This document shows, one piece after another, positions 10,603-21,612 of a DNA stretch of 64,000 nt. A model generated the notes under the pieces. The model searched no databases and was not told the origin of the DNA. It was given only the letters and a program-made list of their open reading frames with translations. Both the position numbers and the translations under genes were made by a program. The stretch comes from an uncultured Actinomycetes bacterium (GTDB lineage: Bacteria; Actinomycetota; Acidimicrobiia; IMCC26256; JACDBD01). Within the stretch, counting starts at the first letter, position 1, and the number at the start of each line of letters is the position of its first letter. The DNA lies in assembly GCA_963768605.1 (NCBI GenBank), contig CAVYIP010000008.1, positions 102,684-166,683 on the forward strand. The letters run 5' to 3'.

Positions 10603-12185
10603 CAGAAGACCGCCGGCTGCCGGAACTCGCCCCACCGGTCCTTGAGCACGGCCACCATCTCCCCCACCGTGCAGTACGCCTTGGCGCAGTCCACGAGCAG
10701 GGGCATGAGGTTCTCGCTCCCGTCGGCGGCGGCGTCGAGTGCGGCGAGCGTGTCGCGCACGTCGGCCGCCGATCGTGAGCGCTTCACGTCCGCGAGCCGT
10801 TCGAGCTGGCGGATGCGGCCCTTCTCGTCCATCTCGTAGCCCTCGACCTCGGGCGGTTCCTCTTCGGTCTCGAACCGGTTCACGCCGACGACCGTCCGGT
10901 CTCCCGACGCGATCGCCGCCTGGACCCGGAAGGCCTCCTCCGAGATCAGCCGCTGCAGGTAGCCCTCTTCGACCGCCTTCACCATTCCGCCGCGGCGTTC
11001 GAGGTCGTCCATGATCTCGACGACCCGGGCCTCCATCTCGTCGGTCAGCGCCTCGACGTAGTACGAGCCGCCGAGCGGATCCGCGACGCGTGTCACGCCG
11101 GTCTCGTGCGCCAGCACCTGTTGCGTCCGCAGCGCCAGCGTCGCCGAGTCCTCGCTCGGGAGCGCGAACGGCTCGTCCCACGCGGCCGTGAACATCGACT
11201 GGACTCCCCCGAGCACGGAGGCCAAGGCCTCGTAGGCGACACGAACGACGTTGTTGTGCGCCTGCGGCGCGTAGAGCGACGCGCCGCCGGCGACGCAACC
11301 CACGCGGAACATGCACGAGCGATCGTCCTTGGCGCCGTACCGCTCCCGCACGATACGGGCCCAGCGTCGGCGCCCGGCGCGGTACTTCGCGACCTCCTCG
11401 AAGAAGTCGCCGTGGGTGTAGAAGAAGAACGACACCTGCGGCGCGAACTCGTCGATGGTCATCCGGCCGCGCGCCATCACCTCGTCGCAGTACGTCACCC
11501 CGTCCGCGAGGGTGAACGCCATCTCCTGTGCCGCGTTGGCGCCGGCGTCACGGAAGTGCGCGCCCGCCACGGAGATGGCGTTGAAGCGCGGCACTTCCTG
11601 CGCGCAGAACTCGATCGTGTCCGCGATCAGCCGCAGCGACGGGCGGGGCGGCCAGATCCACGTGCCGCGGCTCACGTACTCCTTGAGGATGTCGTTCTGG
11701 ATCGTGCCGCGCAGCTTCGACCGGTCGACGCCCTGCTTCTCCCCGACCGCCACGTAGAACGCCAGCAGGATCGCCGCCGTGCCGTTGATCGTGAAGCTGG
11801 TGCTGATCGCGTCGAGCGGGATGCGGTCGAACAGGATCTCGGCGTCGGCGAGGGTGTCGAGCGCGACGCCGACCCGGCCGACCTCCTCCTCGACGTCGGG
11901 GTGGTCGGAGTCGTACCCGCACTGGGTCGGGAGGTCGAGCGCGACCGAGAGGCCGGTGCCTCCCTGGGCGAGGAGGTAGCGGTAGCGCTCGTTCGACTCC
12001 TCGGGTGTGCCGAAGCCCGAGTACTGGCGGATCGTCCACAGACGGCCCCGGTACCCGTCGGGGAAGTTGCCGCGCGTGAAGGGGAACACACCCGGCGGCG
12101 GGATCGACTCGGGCGGCGGGAGGTCGGCCGGCCCGTAGCTCGGGGCGAGAGGGATCCCGGCCTCGCTGTGCACGCCGTCGTCCAC
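10602..12185 (-). CDS. methylmalonyl-CoA-type acyl-CoA mutase large (substrate-binding) subunit
   Basis: GTG 12185, 527 aa uninterrupted. [35 protein letters not shown]. The rest of the 895-aa ORF upstream is antisense to the crotonase gene. Confidence 0.9.
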   Translation of the reverse strand: MDDGVHSEAGIPLAPSYGPADLPPPESIPPPGVFPFTRGNFPDGYRGRLWTIRQYSGFGTPEESNERYRYLLAQGGTGLSVALDLPTQCGYDSDHPDVEEEVGRVGVALDTLADAEILFDRIPLDAISTSFTINGTAAILLAFYVAVGEKQGVDRSKLRGTIQNDILKEYVSRGTWIWPPRPSLRLIADTIEFCAQEVPRFNAISVAGAHFRDAGANAAQEMAFTLADGVTYCDEVMARGRMTIDEFAPQVSFFFYTHGDFFEEVAKYRAGRRRWARIVRERYGAKDDRSCMFRVGCVAGGASLYAPQAHNNVVRVAYEALASVLGGVQSMFTAAWDEPFALPSEDSATLALRTQQVLAHETGVTRVADPLGGSYYVEALTDEMEARVVEIMDDLERRGGMVKAVEEGYLQRLISEEAFRVQAAIASGDRTVVGVNRFETEEEPPEVEGYEMDEKGRIRQLERLADVKRSRSAADVRDTLAALDAAADGSENLMPLLVDCAKAYCTVGEMVAVLKDRWGEFRQPAVF

Positions 12186-12242
12186 GAGCCGGAGCGTAGC
12201 GGAAATTGGATATGCAGAAAATGGGGAACGTGACGCAGGATC

Positions 12243-13041
12243 ATGAGAGCGGTATTCTCCCTTCGTGTTCGGCAGGCCTCGGACGTGCGACTCGAGATCG
12301 ATGCCGGCGTTGCGGTGGTGACCATCGACCGGCCCGAGGCCCGCAACGCCATCGGCTTCGCGACCATCGACGCGCTCGGCGCCGCGGTCGACGAGGTGGC
12401 CGACTCGGGCGCGGCAGTGCTGGTGCTGCGGGGCAGCGGCGATCGCGCGTTCGTCTCGGGCGGCGACATCAAGGAGCTGGGCTCGATCCGCACGCACGAT
12501 GCGGCCGTCGCCATGGCGAGCCGGGTCCGGAGGCTGCTCGACCGCGTCGCCGCCTTCCCCGTCCCGGTGATCGCGGCGCTCAACGGGCACGCGCTCGGCG
12601 GCGGAGCGGAGGTCGCCGTCGCGGCGGACATCCGCATCGCGGCCGACGACGTCAAGATCGGCTTCAACCAGGTGGCGCTCGGGATCATGCCGGCGTGGGG
12701 CGGCGCGGAGCGGCTCGCCCAGTTGGTGGGTCGCAGTCGCGCGCTCCTGGCCATCGCGACCGGCGATGTCTACGACGCGCCGACCGCGCAGCGATTCGGC
12801 CTCGTCGACGTCGTCGTCCCGCGCGTCGATGTTCGACGACGAATGGCGGGCGCTCGCACGCCGGCTGGCGGCATCGGCTCCGGGCACGACGCGCGCCGTG
12901 AAGGCCGTCGTCGGCGCGGCAGTCCCGTCTTTCCACCCCGAGCTCGAGGCCGATGCCACCGACGCGTTCGCGCGGTTGTGGACGGGAGACGCGCACTGGG
13001 CCGCGGTCGAAGCGTTGAGCGCGAAGCGGAGAACGGGATGA
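12243..13041 (+). pseudogene. enoyl-CoA hydratase/isomerase (frame-disrupted)
   Basis: VVTIDRPEARNA and LNGHALGGGAEVAVAAD. Start is ATG 12243 or GTG 12285. One frame switch near ~12825; C-terminal part lies in the 12766-13041 frame. Confidence 0.8.
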
Positions 13042-13092
13042 CGCGCGTTGTGAAGTCCGTTCTCGTGTTCGCGCGCTGGTACCCTCGTTCGA

Positions 13093-13788
13093 GTGAAGCA
13101 GGATTCTGATTTGGCCACCGTTGACGACGACACCGCAGCAGCACAGCCGGCCTGGCGGCAGCGTGCCGTCTCGCGCAGCCTGAACGCGGCGCGTTCACGT
13201 GCCGAGCAGCGCGTCCAGCGGTACCTGGATGCGGCCTTCGCGCTGATCGACGAGAAGGGCACCACCGACTTCACGATCCAAGAGGTCATCGACCGCTCGA
13301 AGCAGTCGCTGCGTGGCTTCTACCAGTACTTCGACGGCAAGGACGAGCTCCTCCTCGCGCTGTTCGAGGAGACCGTCCGCGAGTCGGTCGACGACTTGCA
13401 AAGCGTGAGCGAAGCCGAATCGGAACCGCTCGCACGGTTGCGCGCCTTCACCATCCGCCTGCACGAGTGGTGCGATCCGACCGAGGCCCCACGCAAGCGC
13501 GGTTCACACAACCGCCGTCCGATCTCGGAGTTCTCGGTGCAGCTGGCTGTCACGCATCCCGACCAGGTGACCGCGGCGATGGCCCCGGTCTCGACGATGT
13601 TGCTCGACCTGATCGACGCAGCCGTCGCGGCGGGGTCGATCAAGTCGTCCGACACGCGCCGCAGCGCGTCACTCATCCAGCAGACCGTGATGTACAGCTG
13701 GTTCGGCAACCGCATCGTGCAGAACTCACGGATGCGCGTCACCGCCGAGGACACCTGGGAGTTCTGCCTCCGAGGCCTTCAGGGCTGA
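13093..13788 (+). CDS. TetR-family transcriptional regulator
   Basis: 231-aa uninterrupted ORF. N-terminal HTH FTIQEVIDRSKQSLRGFYQYFDGKDELL. Confidence 0.85.
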   Translation: MKQDSDLATVDDDTAAAQPAWRQRAVSRSLNAARSRAEQRVQRYLDAAFALIDEKGTTDFTIQEVIDRSKQSLRGFYQYFDGKDELLLALFEETVRESVDDLQSVSEAESEPLARLRAFTIRLHEWCDPTEAPRKRGSHNRRPISEFSVQLAVTHPDQVTAAMAPVSTMLLDLIDAAVAAGSIKSSDTRRSASLIQQTVMYSWFGNRIVQNSRMRVTAEDTWEFCLRGLQG

Positions 13789-13798
13789 AGCAGCCGCG

Positions 13799-15009
13799 TC
13801 AGACGCGGTCGAGATCCAGCATGCGGATGGCGTTGCCGCGCAGGACCTTGTATCGCTGCTCGTCCGTCAGCGCGGCGGTCATGCGCTCGGCCTCTTCACG
13901 CGCGAACGGCCACGTCGTGTCGGTGTGCGGGTAGTCCGTCTCGAAGCAGATGTTGTCCTCGCCGACCTCGGCGATGGATGCCACCCCGTGGGCGTCGTTC
14001 GTGAAGCACCCGAAGATCCGGCCCTCGGTAATAGGACGACGGACGCTCGGGGATCGTGTCCTTCGCGCCCGTCCAGTTCGAGTGGAGCTCCCAGACGTTG
14101 TCGGCGCGCTCGAGCGCGTACGGGATCCAGCCGATCTGCCCCTCGGAGTACGCCAGCTTGAGCTCGGGGAACCGGACGAGCACGCCCGAGAACAGGAAGT
14201 CGGCCAGCGACGCCATGGAGTTGTTGAACGACAGCATGATGTCGGTCGAGGGCGGGGCGTCCGGGGAGGCCGCCGGCATCTTGGACGAGGAACCGATGTG
14301 CATGCAGAGCGTCGTGCGCGTGTCCTCGCACACCGCGAACAGCGGGTCCCAGTAACCGGTGTGGATGCTGGGCAGGCCGAGGTGCGGCGGGATCTCGCTG
14401 AAGCACACGGCACGCGCACCGCGATCGGCGTTGCGTTGTACCTCGGCCGCCGCCAGCTCGACGTCCCACATCGGAACGAGGCACAGCGGGATGAGGTGGC
14501 CGTCAGAGTCGCCGCACCAATCCTCGATCATCCAGTCGTTGTAGGCGCGCACGCACTCGAGGCCGAGGTCGAGGTCATTGCCTTCCATGAACGTCTGGCC
14601 GCAGAACCGCGGGAACGTCGGGAACGCGAGTGAACCGTCGACGCCGGTGAGCGCGAGATCCTCGACGCGCGCCTTCGGCTCGTAGCATCCGGGACGCATC
14701 TCGTCGTAGGTGAGCGCGGCGATCGCAAGCTTCGTGCGGTCGAAGCGACGGACGTCGCCGTCGGGCGTGGCGTCGAGCGGGAGGGCGACGTGCCGCTTGT
14801 GGACGTAGATCAGGCGGTCCTCGTAGAGCCAGTAGTCGCCCCACGTGCCGTCGTCCGTCATCTCCTGCTTGTACGAAGCACCGCCGGTGAGCGCGAAGTC
14901 GCCCCATCGCGCCGCGCTCGACCCGTGGTCCGTGTTCGCGCATCCGTGCGGGAAGCCGCTCCTGCCACAGGTGCGGAGGTTCGACGACGTGGTCGTCGAC
15001 GCTGATCAT
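13799..15009 (-). pseudogene. PF04909-type amidohydrolase (ACMSD-like; frame-disrupted)
   Basis: ATG 15009 (MISVDDHVVEPPHLW). Central 321-aa fragment. C-term CFETDYPHTDTTWP. Frame switches near ~14900 and ~14040. Confidence 0.75.
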
Positions 15010-15037
15010 GCCCGGGAACTGCGTCACGCTTCGCCTT

Positions 15038-15466
15038 TCAGTCCGAGTCGGCGAGCGGATCGTGCTGCTCGCCGGAGTCGAAGCCGCCGTGCTTGCGCAT
15101 GAACGTGGTCGAGCGGCGCCGGATACGCCATCCATCGGCCGTGCGCACGTACTCGTCGTTGTACCAACCCAGGCGCATGGCGTGCGTCTGCTGGTCGATG
15201 AACACGAAGTGCTGCTCGCCCGTGGCGGAGTCGCCGTCGACGTCGACGACCGGCATGTTGCCGATGAACTGCCCGCGGGGTGCGGCGGCGAGCAGGGCCG
15301 GGAAGCGCTCGAGGGTGTACGGCGTGCCGAAGGCGGTGTACACGGCGTCGGGTGTGAACACGTCGAGCCACCGGTCTTCGACGAACTGGCTCGTGTACGC
15401 CATGTACCGGGCGCAGAGCTGGTGCAGCAGCACGAGGTCGGCGACGTGTCGGCTCTCGTCGGCCAT
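15038..15466 (-). CDS. SnoaL/NTF2-like protein
   Basis: 142-aa uninterrupted ORF. Size and sequence are typical of NTF2-fold proteins in actinobacterial catabolic clusters. Confidence 0.7.
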   Translation of the reverse strand: MADESRHVADLVLLHQLCARYMAYTSQFVEDRWLDVFTPDAVYTAFGTPYTLERFPALLAAAPRGQFIGNMPVVDVDGDSATGEQHFVFIDQQTHAMRLGWYNDEYVRTADGWRIRRRSTTFMRKHGGFDSGEQHDPLADSD

Positions 15467-15565
15467 CCTCTCCCCCGCGGAAGTGGCACACTCGGTAAAC
15501 GAGAATTAGATTATCACCACGGACCTCGCCGCCAAGCGGGTAGGCGCAGCAGGGGGAACGTCTCG

Positions 15566-17586
15566 ATGACCGAGGACGTGCGGACGGAACGCAGCTTCTG
15601 CCGGATCTGCACTGCCGTCTGCGGGATCCTCGTCGACGTCGAGGGTGACGAGGTCGTACGGGTGCGCGGCGACAAGGAGCATCCGTTCTCGCACGGCTAC
15701 ACCTGCCCGAAGGGGCGCGCGCTCCCGCAGATGCACCACCACCCGGAGCGCTTGGAGCGACCGCAGATCAGGATCGACGACCGGCTGCAGCCGACCACGT
15801 GGGACGCGTGCCTGGACGACCTCGGGTCGCGGCTGCGGGCGATCGTCGATCGTCACGGACCGGAAGCGATCGGTGTCTTCTTCGGCAGCGGCGTGGGCAT
15901 GGACGCAGCCGGCTACCGCATGGCCGAGAAGCTCTACGCCGCCATCGGCACGCCGGCGCGGTTCAGCCCGCTCACCATCGACGGCACGGCCAAGGTGCTC
16001 GTCTCTGATCTGGTGGGCGGCTTCCCGGGCCTCAACCCCCACATCGACTACGAGCACACGAAGTTGGTCGTGTACGTCGGCGTCAATCCGGTCGTGTCGC
16101 ACGGCCATACGTCCGCGCTCCCCGATCCGGTGACCGCGCTCCGCGATCTTCGGACGCGAGCGGACATCTGGGTCGTCGACCCGCGGCGCACGGAGACGGC
16201 ACGGTTGGCGACACAACACGTCGCGCCGCGACCGGGTACGGACTACGCGGTCTTCGCGTTCTTGGTGCGAGAGATCTTGCAGGAGGGCGCCGACCGCGAA
16301 GTGCTCGAGCACCGAACGGCCGGGGGCGACGCCTTGTCCGCGGCGGTCGCCCCGTTCACGCTCGCACACGCGGCGAGGGTCGCCGGCGTGTCCGAGGCCG
16401 TGCTGACGCAGCTCCTGGAAGCGGTGCGCCGGGCCGGGCGTGTCGCGGTCGTCACCGGAACCGGGCTCACGATGTCGGCCGGCGCCAACGTGACCCAGTG
16501 GCTCGCGTGGGTGCTGATGATCCTCACCGGTTCGATGAACCGCCCCGGCGGAGTCTGGTTCCACCCGGGGTTCTCCCATCAGTTCGAGACCTTCGAGCTT
16601 CCCGTGTCGCCTCCTGACGGCGGCTTGTTCGGGCCCGGTCCCCCCACCCGTCCCGAGTCGTCGTCCTTTCTCGGCGAGTGGCCGTGCGCCGTTCTCGCCG
16701 ACGAGATCCGTGCCGGCAACATCCGTGCGGTATTGAACCTCGGCGGGCATCTCGTCACCGCGTTCCCCGACGCGAACTCGTTGGTACCGGCCCTCCGATC
16801 ACTCGACGTGTTCGCCACGATCGAGATCATCGGGAACGACACGACGGCACTCTCGACCCATGTGCTCCCGACCAAGGATCAGCTGGAGCGCGCCGACGTG
16901 ACGCTCTGGGATTTCCTGCTCCCGCGCGTCGCCGCCCAGCACACACCGGCGTTGATCGATCCCGTCGGCGACCGGCGTTCGACGTGGTGGGTGCTCGCCG
17001 AGCTCGGGACGAAGGCTCGGCCACGAGCTGGCCGACACCAGCGGGGAGCAGGCCACCGACGACGCCAGGCTCGCCATGCTCAGCGCCGGCGCGCGCTCCA
17101 CCTTCGACGAGCTCGTCGCCGCTGGCTGGGTCGAGAAGGGCCACGAGCTCCCGGCGCGATGGGTGGACGAGCATGTCGACCGGCTCGGCGGCTGGCGGCT
17201 CGCGCCCCAGCGGCTCGTCGACCAGTTGGCGGCGCTCGACGACGAGTCCGCGCCGCTCGTGCTCGTGCCGCGACGACAGATGCGCCATCTGAACTCGCAA
17301 CTGGACTTCTTGGACGAGGTCTGCGAGATCATCGTCCACCCGGACGATGCAATCGCTGCCGGCGTCGTCGACGGTCAGCCGGTGATCGTTCGCAGCGCGC
17401 AGGGCGAGCTCGTCGGGCTCGCGAAGGTGGATCCGTCCACGCGTGCCGGCGCGGTGTCCGTCCCCCACGGTCACCAGCGCGCCAACGTCAACGCGCTCAC
17501 GTGCGAGAACGACATCGACCCGACGACCGGCATGGCGCACTATTCGGGCGTGCCGGTGAGCCTTCACCCGGCTCCGACGCGGCTAG
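15566..17586 (+). pseudogene. molybdopterin (MopB-family) oxidoreductase, cytoplasmic (frame-disrupted)
   Basis: ATG 15566. N-terminal 4Fe-4S motif CRICTAVCG...C, long MopB core, C-terminal barrel VIVRSAQGELVGLAKV. Frame switch ~17012, and probably one more just before TAG 17584-17586. The 3' end is uncertain. Confidence 0.75.
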
Positions 17587-17984
17587 GTCACGAACTCGGC
17601 CGCCCGATGGTGGAACCGCCACGCGCCGTCGTCGCGGTGGAGGGTGTCCCGGTATCGGCCCACGAGCTGGATCGCCCAGCCCGAGTCACCCTGCAAGACG
17701 AAGATCACGTCGCTGATCGCGTTGGCCTCGTCGTCGTTCCAGTCGGTGACCAAGGTGTTGACGACGAGGTGGCGCTGGGGCCGCACCGGCTTCCACTTGG
17801 AGTAGGCCTCGCGGAGGGCGTTGTGGCCTTCGTGCGTGCCCATGCCCGGGATGTCGCAGACGCCGTCGGGACAGAACGTGGCGACGACGTCGTCGGTCCG
17901 GCCGTCGTCCAGGGCCTGGGCGTACGCGGCCAGAGTGGCGCGGACGCCCTCGACGACCTCTGCGTACGTCGTCGTCGTGCTCAT
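17583..17984 (-). CDS. SnoaL-like (NTF2 fold) protein
   Basis: ATG 17984 directly after the Rieske stop. 133 aa, MSTTTTYAEVVEGVRATLAAYAQALDDG... Confidence 0.7.
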   Translation of the reverse strand: MSTTTTYAEVVEGVRATLAAYAQALDDGRTDDVVATFCPDGVCDIPGMGTHEGHNALREAYSKWKPVRPQRHLVVNTLVTDWNDDEANAISDVIFVLQGDSGWAIQLVGRYRDTLHRDDGAWRFHHRAAEFVT

Positions 17985-19300
17985 CAGAAGCCGATGTCGA
18001 GAATGGGCTTGTCGAACGGGTACACGTTGATCGACTGCACCGCCGGGAGCAGCTGCTCGTAGGGAAGGCCGGCGAGGAAGCCGTCGATCGTCCGCTCGAA
18101 GTTCGAGATGTGTCCCTCGAGGCCGCTGGACAGGCGCATGTACTCGAAGCCCTTCGCGTGCAGGCCCTGCTGCTGCCGCGGCAGGTTCGAGAAGTCCTGC
18201 GTGGGGATCGGCGGCCACCGCGGATCGTCGCACTCCCACACCTCGGGCGGCGTCGGCTTCACCGGTTCCTGGCCCTCGGGGAACCGCGTGAGCGACCAGA
18301 TCTCCATCAGCGTCTCCTCCGGGCCCAGCGGGCGGAAGCGGTAGGAGGAGGCGCTGCTGTACATCGGCAACACGAAGTAGTGCGGGAAGCACTGGTAGAA
18401 CTCCTGGTTGAGCCCTTGCGCGTCGAGCTCGTTCAGGTCGGGGGCGTCAGAGCCCCGGTCCCGGTGCCAGCTCGTCACCGCGTCGTTGAGCGTGCGGTTC
18501 CACGTGGCCATCGCCAGCGCCGGGTCGTCGGGCAGCTCGATGTCCCGCAGACCCTCGGCGATGCGCACGTCGTTCGCGTGCACCATCCCGGCCATGCCGT
18601 CACTCATCGTGCGCAGGTACTGGATGTCCGCGTCGATGAAGGCACGAGGATCGAACGACGCACCGTCGCGCAACCCGTACCTCGTGGGGATGATGAGCTC
18701 GGGATGTGTCTGCGGAACGTGGTACATCTCGACGAACGCCTCTTCGGCGAGCTTCCAGTTCACGGGAAGACGGCACGCGAACCACCGCTCGGTCCGCAAC
18801 GACTCCACCTTCCACGCGTCGAGCGTGCTCGCGGCGGGCTCGATGCACGGCCGCAACGGCGGCGCGTCGTCGTCGAGGTTGATCCACGCGCACCCGCCCC
18901 ACACCTCGGACCGCACCGGGACGAGGTTGATGTCGTCCGGCTGGAGGTTGTGCTCGGAGAACGTCTTTCGCCGCGGGACGGCTGCGTTCACGCCGTCGAG
19001 GCCGTAGCACCAGCCATGAAACGGGCAGGTGAACCCGTTCTCGCACGTCCCGCTTCCCTGGACGACCTTGACGCCACGGTGGCGGCAGGCGTTCTGGAAC
19101 GCCCGCACCCCCATGTCGTCGGTCCGCAGCACGATGATCGACTGATCGAGGAACTCGTACTCGACGAAGTCGTGCGGCGCCGGGATCTCCTCGAGCCGGC
19201 ACGCCATCTGCCAGACGCGCGGCCACAGCAGCTCGACTTCCATCTGGTAGAAGTCCGGATCGACGTAGCGCTCCTTGGGGACCCGGTCCGGGTACTCCAT
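17984..19300 (-). CDS. Rieske non-heme iron oxygenase alpha subunit
   Basis: ATG 19300 (MEYPDRV), 438 aa uninterrupted. CRHRG...CPFHGW and NWKLAEEAFVEMYHVPQTH. Confidence 0.9.
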   Translation of the reverse strand: MEYPDRVPKERYVDPDFYQMEVELLWPRVWQMACRLEEIPAPHDFVEYEFLDQSIIVLRTDDMGVRAFQNACRHRGVKVVQGSGTCENGFTCPFHGWCYGLDGVNAAVPRRKTFSEHNLQPDDINLVPVRSEVWGGCAWINLDDDAPPLRPCIEPAASTLDAWKVESLRTERWFACRLPVNWKLAEEAFVEMYHVPQTHPELIIPTRYGLRDGASFDPRAFIDADIQYLRTMSDGMAGMVHANDVRIAEGLRDIELPDDPALAMATWNRTLNDAVTSWHRDRGSDAPDLNELDAQGLNQEFYQCFPHYFVLPMYSSASSYRFRPLGPEETLMEIWSLTRFPEGQEPVKPTPPEVWECDDPRWPPIPTQDFSNLPRQQQGLHAKGFEYMRLSSGLEGHISNFERTIDGFLAGLPYEQLLPAVQSINVYPFDKPILDIGF

Positions 19301-19393
19301 CGCGTGAGGCACGGGAAGCGCCGACCTCTTCCGATCCGCGATCGCCACGCAGCGCCCCTTTCCCGCTCCGGAGTGCGCTGTCGGGACCGACCG

Positions 19394-19413
19394 TATACTA
19401 ACCGGTCGGTACA
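19394..19413. promoter_or_regulatory. operator-like site, copy a of the recurrent TGTACCGAYCRGT motif
   Basis: The reverse complement reads TGTACCGACCGGTTAGTATA. Lies in the divergent spacer between the Rieske and BVMO genes and abuts the BVMO ATG. Confidence 0.5.
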
Positions 19414-21084
19414 ATGAACCCCTCCGGACCCGCACCCGACGAGCGCGCGCGTCGCAACGCGGCCGAGGTCGACGTCCTGGTCGTCGGCGCCGGCATCACG
19501 GGCATCTACCAGCTGTACCGCGCACGTGAAGCAGGTTTCTCTGCGCTGCTGCTCGAGGCGGGTGGTGGCGTGGGCGGTACCTGGTACTGGAACCGCTACC
19601 CCCAGGCACGGTTCGACTCGGAGAGCTACACCTACGGCTACCTGTTCTCGAAAGAGCTGTTCGAAGAGTGGGAGTGGCAAGAGCACTTCGCGCAGCAACC
19701 GGAGACCGAGCGCTACCTCAACCACGTGGTCGACCGGTTCGACCTTCGGCGCCACATGCGATTCGGCGCCAAGGTCACCTCGGCCGCGTACGACGAGTCG
19801 TCGGGGAAGTGGACCGTCGTGGTCGGCGACGGCACCGCGTTCCGGGCGCAATTCTTCATCGCCGCGACCGGCGTCCTCTCGGTGCCGTACTTCCCGGACG
19901 TGCCGGGGCGCGACGACTTTCGGGGTGAGTCGTACCACACGGGGTTGTGGCCGGCGACGCCGGTCGATTTCGCGGACAAGCGCGTCGCAGTCATCGGTAC
20001 CGGATCGAGTGGCGTCCAGCTGATCCCGGCCATCGCCGGCGAGGTTGCCTCCCTGACGGTGTACCAACGCACCGCCAACTGGTGCACACCGCTCAACAAC
20101 GCTCCGATCACGCCGGACGAGCAGGCGAAGCTCAGGGCTGAATTCGAAGCGATGTGCGAGACGCTGAACACATCGCCGAGCGGGTTCCTCCACGCCGCGC
20201 ACGACCGCGCCACCTTCGACGACTCGAAAGAGGAGCGGTGGGCGTTCTTCGAGAAGCTGTGGAACAGCCCCGGCTTCACGAAGCTCACCGGCAACTACAC
20301 CGACCTGTTGTTCAACGAGGCCGCGAACGCAGAGTGGTGCGAGTTCATCGCCGAGAAGATCCGGAGCGTCGTCGAGGACCCCGAGACGGCGGAGAAGCTG
20401 ATCCCGAAGGACCAGCTCTTCGGCGAGAACCGGCCTCCGTACGTGACCGGCTACTACGAGGTGTTCAACGAGCCGAACGTCTCGCTCGTCGACCTCAAGC
20501 AGACGCCGATCGTGCGCATGACCGAGAGTGGGATCGAGACGGCCGACGGCGTGCGGGAGCTCGACATCGTGGTGTGGGCGACCGGTTTCGACTTCGGCAC
20601 CGGCGCGCTCATGCGCATGGGGATCCGCGGCCGCCACGATCGCGCGCTCGTGGACGACTGGGCCGATGGTCCGAGCACGTTCCTCGGCGTCCAGACCACC
20701 GGCTTCCCGAACTTCTTCTTCCCCGGAGGGCCGCACGCCGCGGCCGGCAACAACCCCCGGTACAACGGCGACCAGGTCGACTTCATCACGGACACACTCG
20801 AGTACGTGCGCGACCACGGCTTCGACACGATCGAAGTGGATCCCGCCGCCGAAGAGGCGTGGACCAACATGGTCGACGCCGGCGCGTCAAAGACCCTCTT
20901 CGGTGGGGAGAAGAGCTACTTCTTCGGAGCCAACATCCCCGGAAAGCCCCGCCGGTACCTCCTGAACTCGGGCGGCCGGCCGAAGCTCCACGCGATGATC
21001 GCCGACCTTCGCGAGAACGACTACAAGGCATTCAGGCTGTCGAATTCGTCCCACGCCACGCGCACCACGGCGCAGAGGAGCTGA
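19414..21084 (+). CDS. Baeyer-Villiger monooxygenase (flavin, type I)
   Basis: 556 aa uninterrupted. GAGITG and GTGSSG dinucleotide motifs plus the BVMO fingerprint FRGESYHTGLWP. Confidence 0.9.
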   Translation: MNPSGPAPDERARRNAAEVDVLVVGAGITGIYQLYRAREAGFSALLLEAGGGVGGTWYWNRYPQARFDSESYTYGYLFSKELFEEWEWQEHFAQQPETERYLNHVVDRFDLRRHMRFGAKVTSAAYDESSGKWTVVVGDGTAFRAQFFIAATGVLSVPYFPDVPGRDDFRGESYHTGLWPATPVDFADKRVAVIGTGSSGVQLIPAIAGEVASLTVYQRTANWCTPLNNAPITPDEQAKLRAEFEAMCETLNTSPSGFLHAAHDRATFDDSKEERWAFFEKLWNSPGFTKLTGNYTDLLFNEAANAEWCEFIAEKIRSVVEDPETAEKLIPKDQLFGENRPPYVTGYYEVFNEPNVSLVDLKQTPIVRMTESGIETADGVRELDIVVWATGFDFGTGALMRMGIRGRHDRALVDDWADGPSTFLGVQTTGFPNFFFPGGPHAAAGNNPRYNGDQVDFITDTLEYVRDHGFDTIEVDPAAEEAWTNMVDAGASKTLFGGEKSYFFGANIPGKPRRYLLNSGGRPKLHAMIADLRENDYKAFRLSNSSHATRTTAQRS

Positions 21085-21087
21085 GCG

Positions 21088-21603
21088 ATGGCGATCGATC
21101 GTCAGGAGTCCCCGTACCGACGGGGGAACCGCTATGACCGGCTGCCGATCCCGATGGTCACGGAGCACTGCATCGCCGTCGACGGAGGGGCCGTCCAGCT
21201 CGTTGTGGAGTCCCGGAGGTTGACGAACGAGATCATCGCGGCTGCCGTCCACGACGGCGTCGAACCGGAGATGGCCTTCGACGACTTCGGCGCCACGCTC
21301 CACGTCTGCGGTACGGCCGACGGTCTCGAGCACCTGCGCTTCGACTGCTTCGAGAACGAGCCGCACTACCACTACATCGAGCAGGCGAAAGCCGCGAACA
21401 CCGTGGTCCGCATCGACGAGCTGGCCGTCGGCGATCCCGTCGAGTTCTCGCTCGCCTGCGTCGAGCACCACCTCCCCGACATGCTCCGTCACTGCGGTGT
21501 CGCCGACCTGGCTGACGAGGTCGCCGGCCGGCCCGACCAGGTCAGCGCGGCGATCGCCGAGGTCCGCGAGCTCATGAGGAAGGCCCGCGACCCGGTCGCG
21601 TAG
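21088..21603 (+). CDS. hypothetical protein
   Basis: 171-aa uninterrupted ORF tightly packed between the BVMO and LLM genes. No family recognised. Confidence 0.55.
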   Translation: MAIDRQESPYRRGNRYDRLPIPMVTEHCIAVDGGAVQLVVESRRLTNEIIAAAVHDGVEPEMAFDDFGATLHVCGTADGLEHLRFDCFENEPHYHYIEQAKAANTVVRIDELAVGDPVEFSLACVEHHLPDMLRHCGVADLADEVAGRPDQVSAAIAEVRELMRKARDPVA

Positions 21604-21612
21604 ATTGCGACG

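Noticed and set aside
10198-12185. Split B12 mutase as a possibly novel-specificity mutase
   Set aside because: The substrate-pocket position reads RQY ([10 protein letters not shown]), as in methylmalonyl-CoA mutases, rather than the Phe or Ile of isobutyryl- or hydroxyisobutyryl-CoA mutases. An ordinary split MCM is the simplest reading.
12186-13289. N-terminal 370-aa extension of the 895-aa mutase ORF
   Set aside because: The extension is antisense to the crotonase and TetR-upstream region and has no mutase similarity. Mutase homology begins at GTG 12185.
19410-19415. TACAAT at the BVMO start as a -10 box
   Set aside because: It overlaps the ATG itself (ggTACAATg), and there is no in-frame alternative start downstream before the GxGxxG motif. 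Only the TACAAT at 38321-38326 is plausibly a -10 element.
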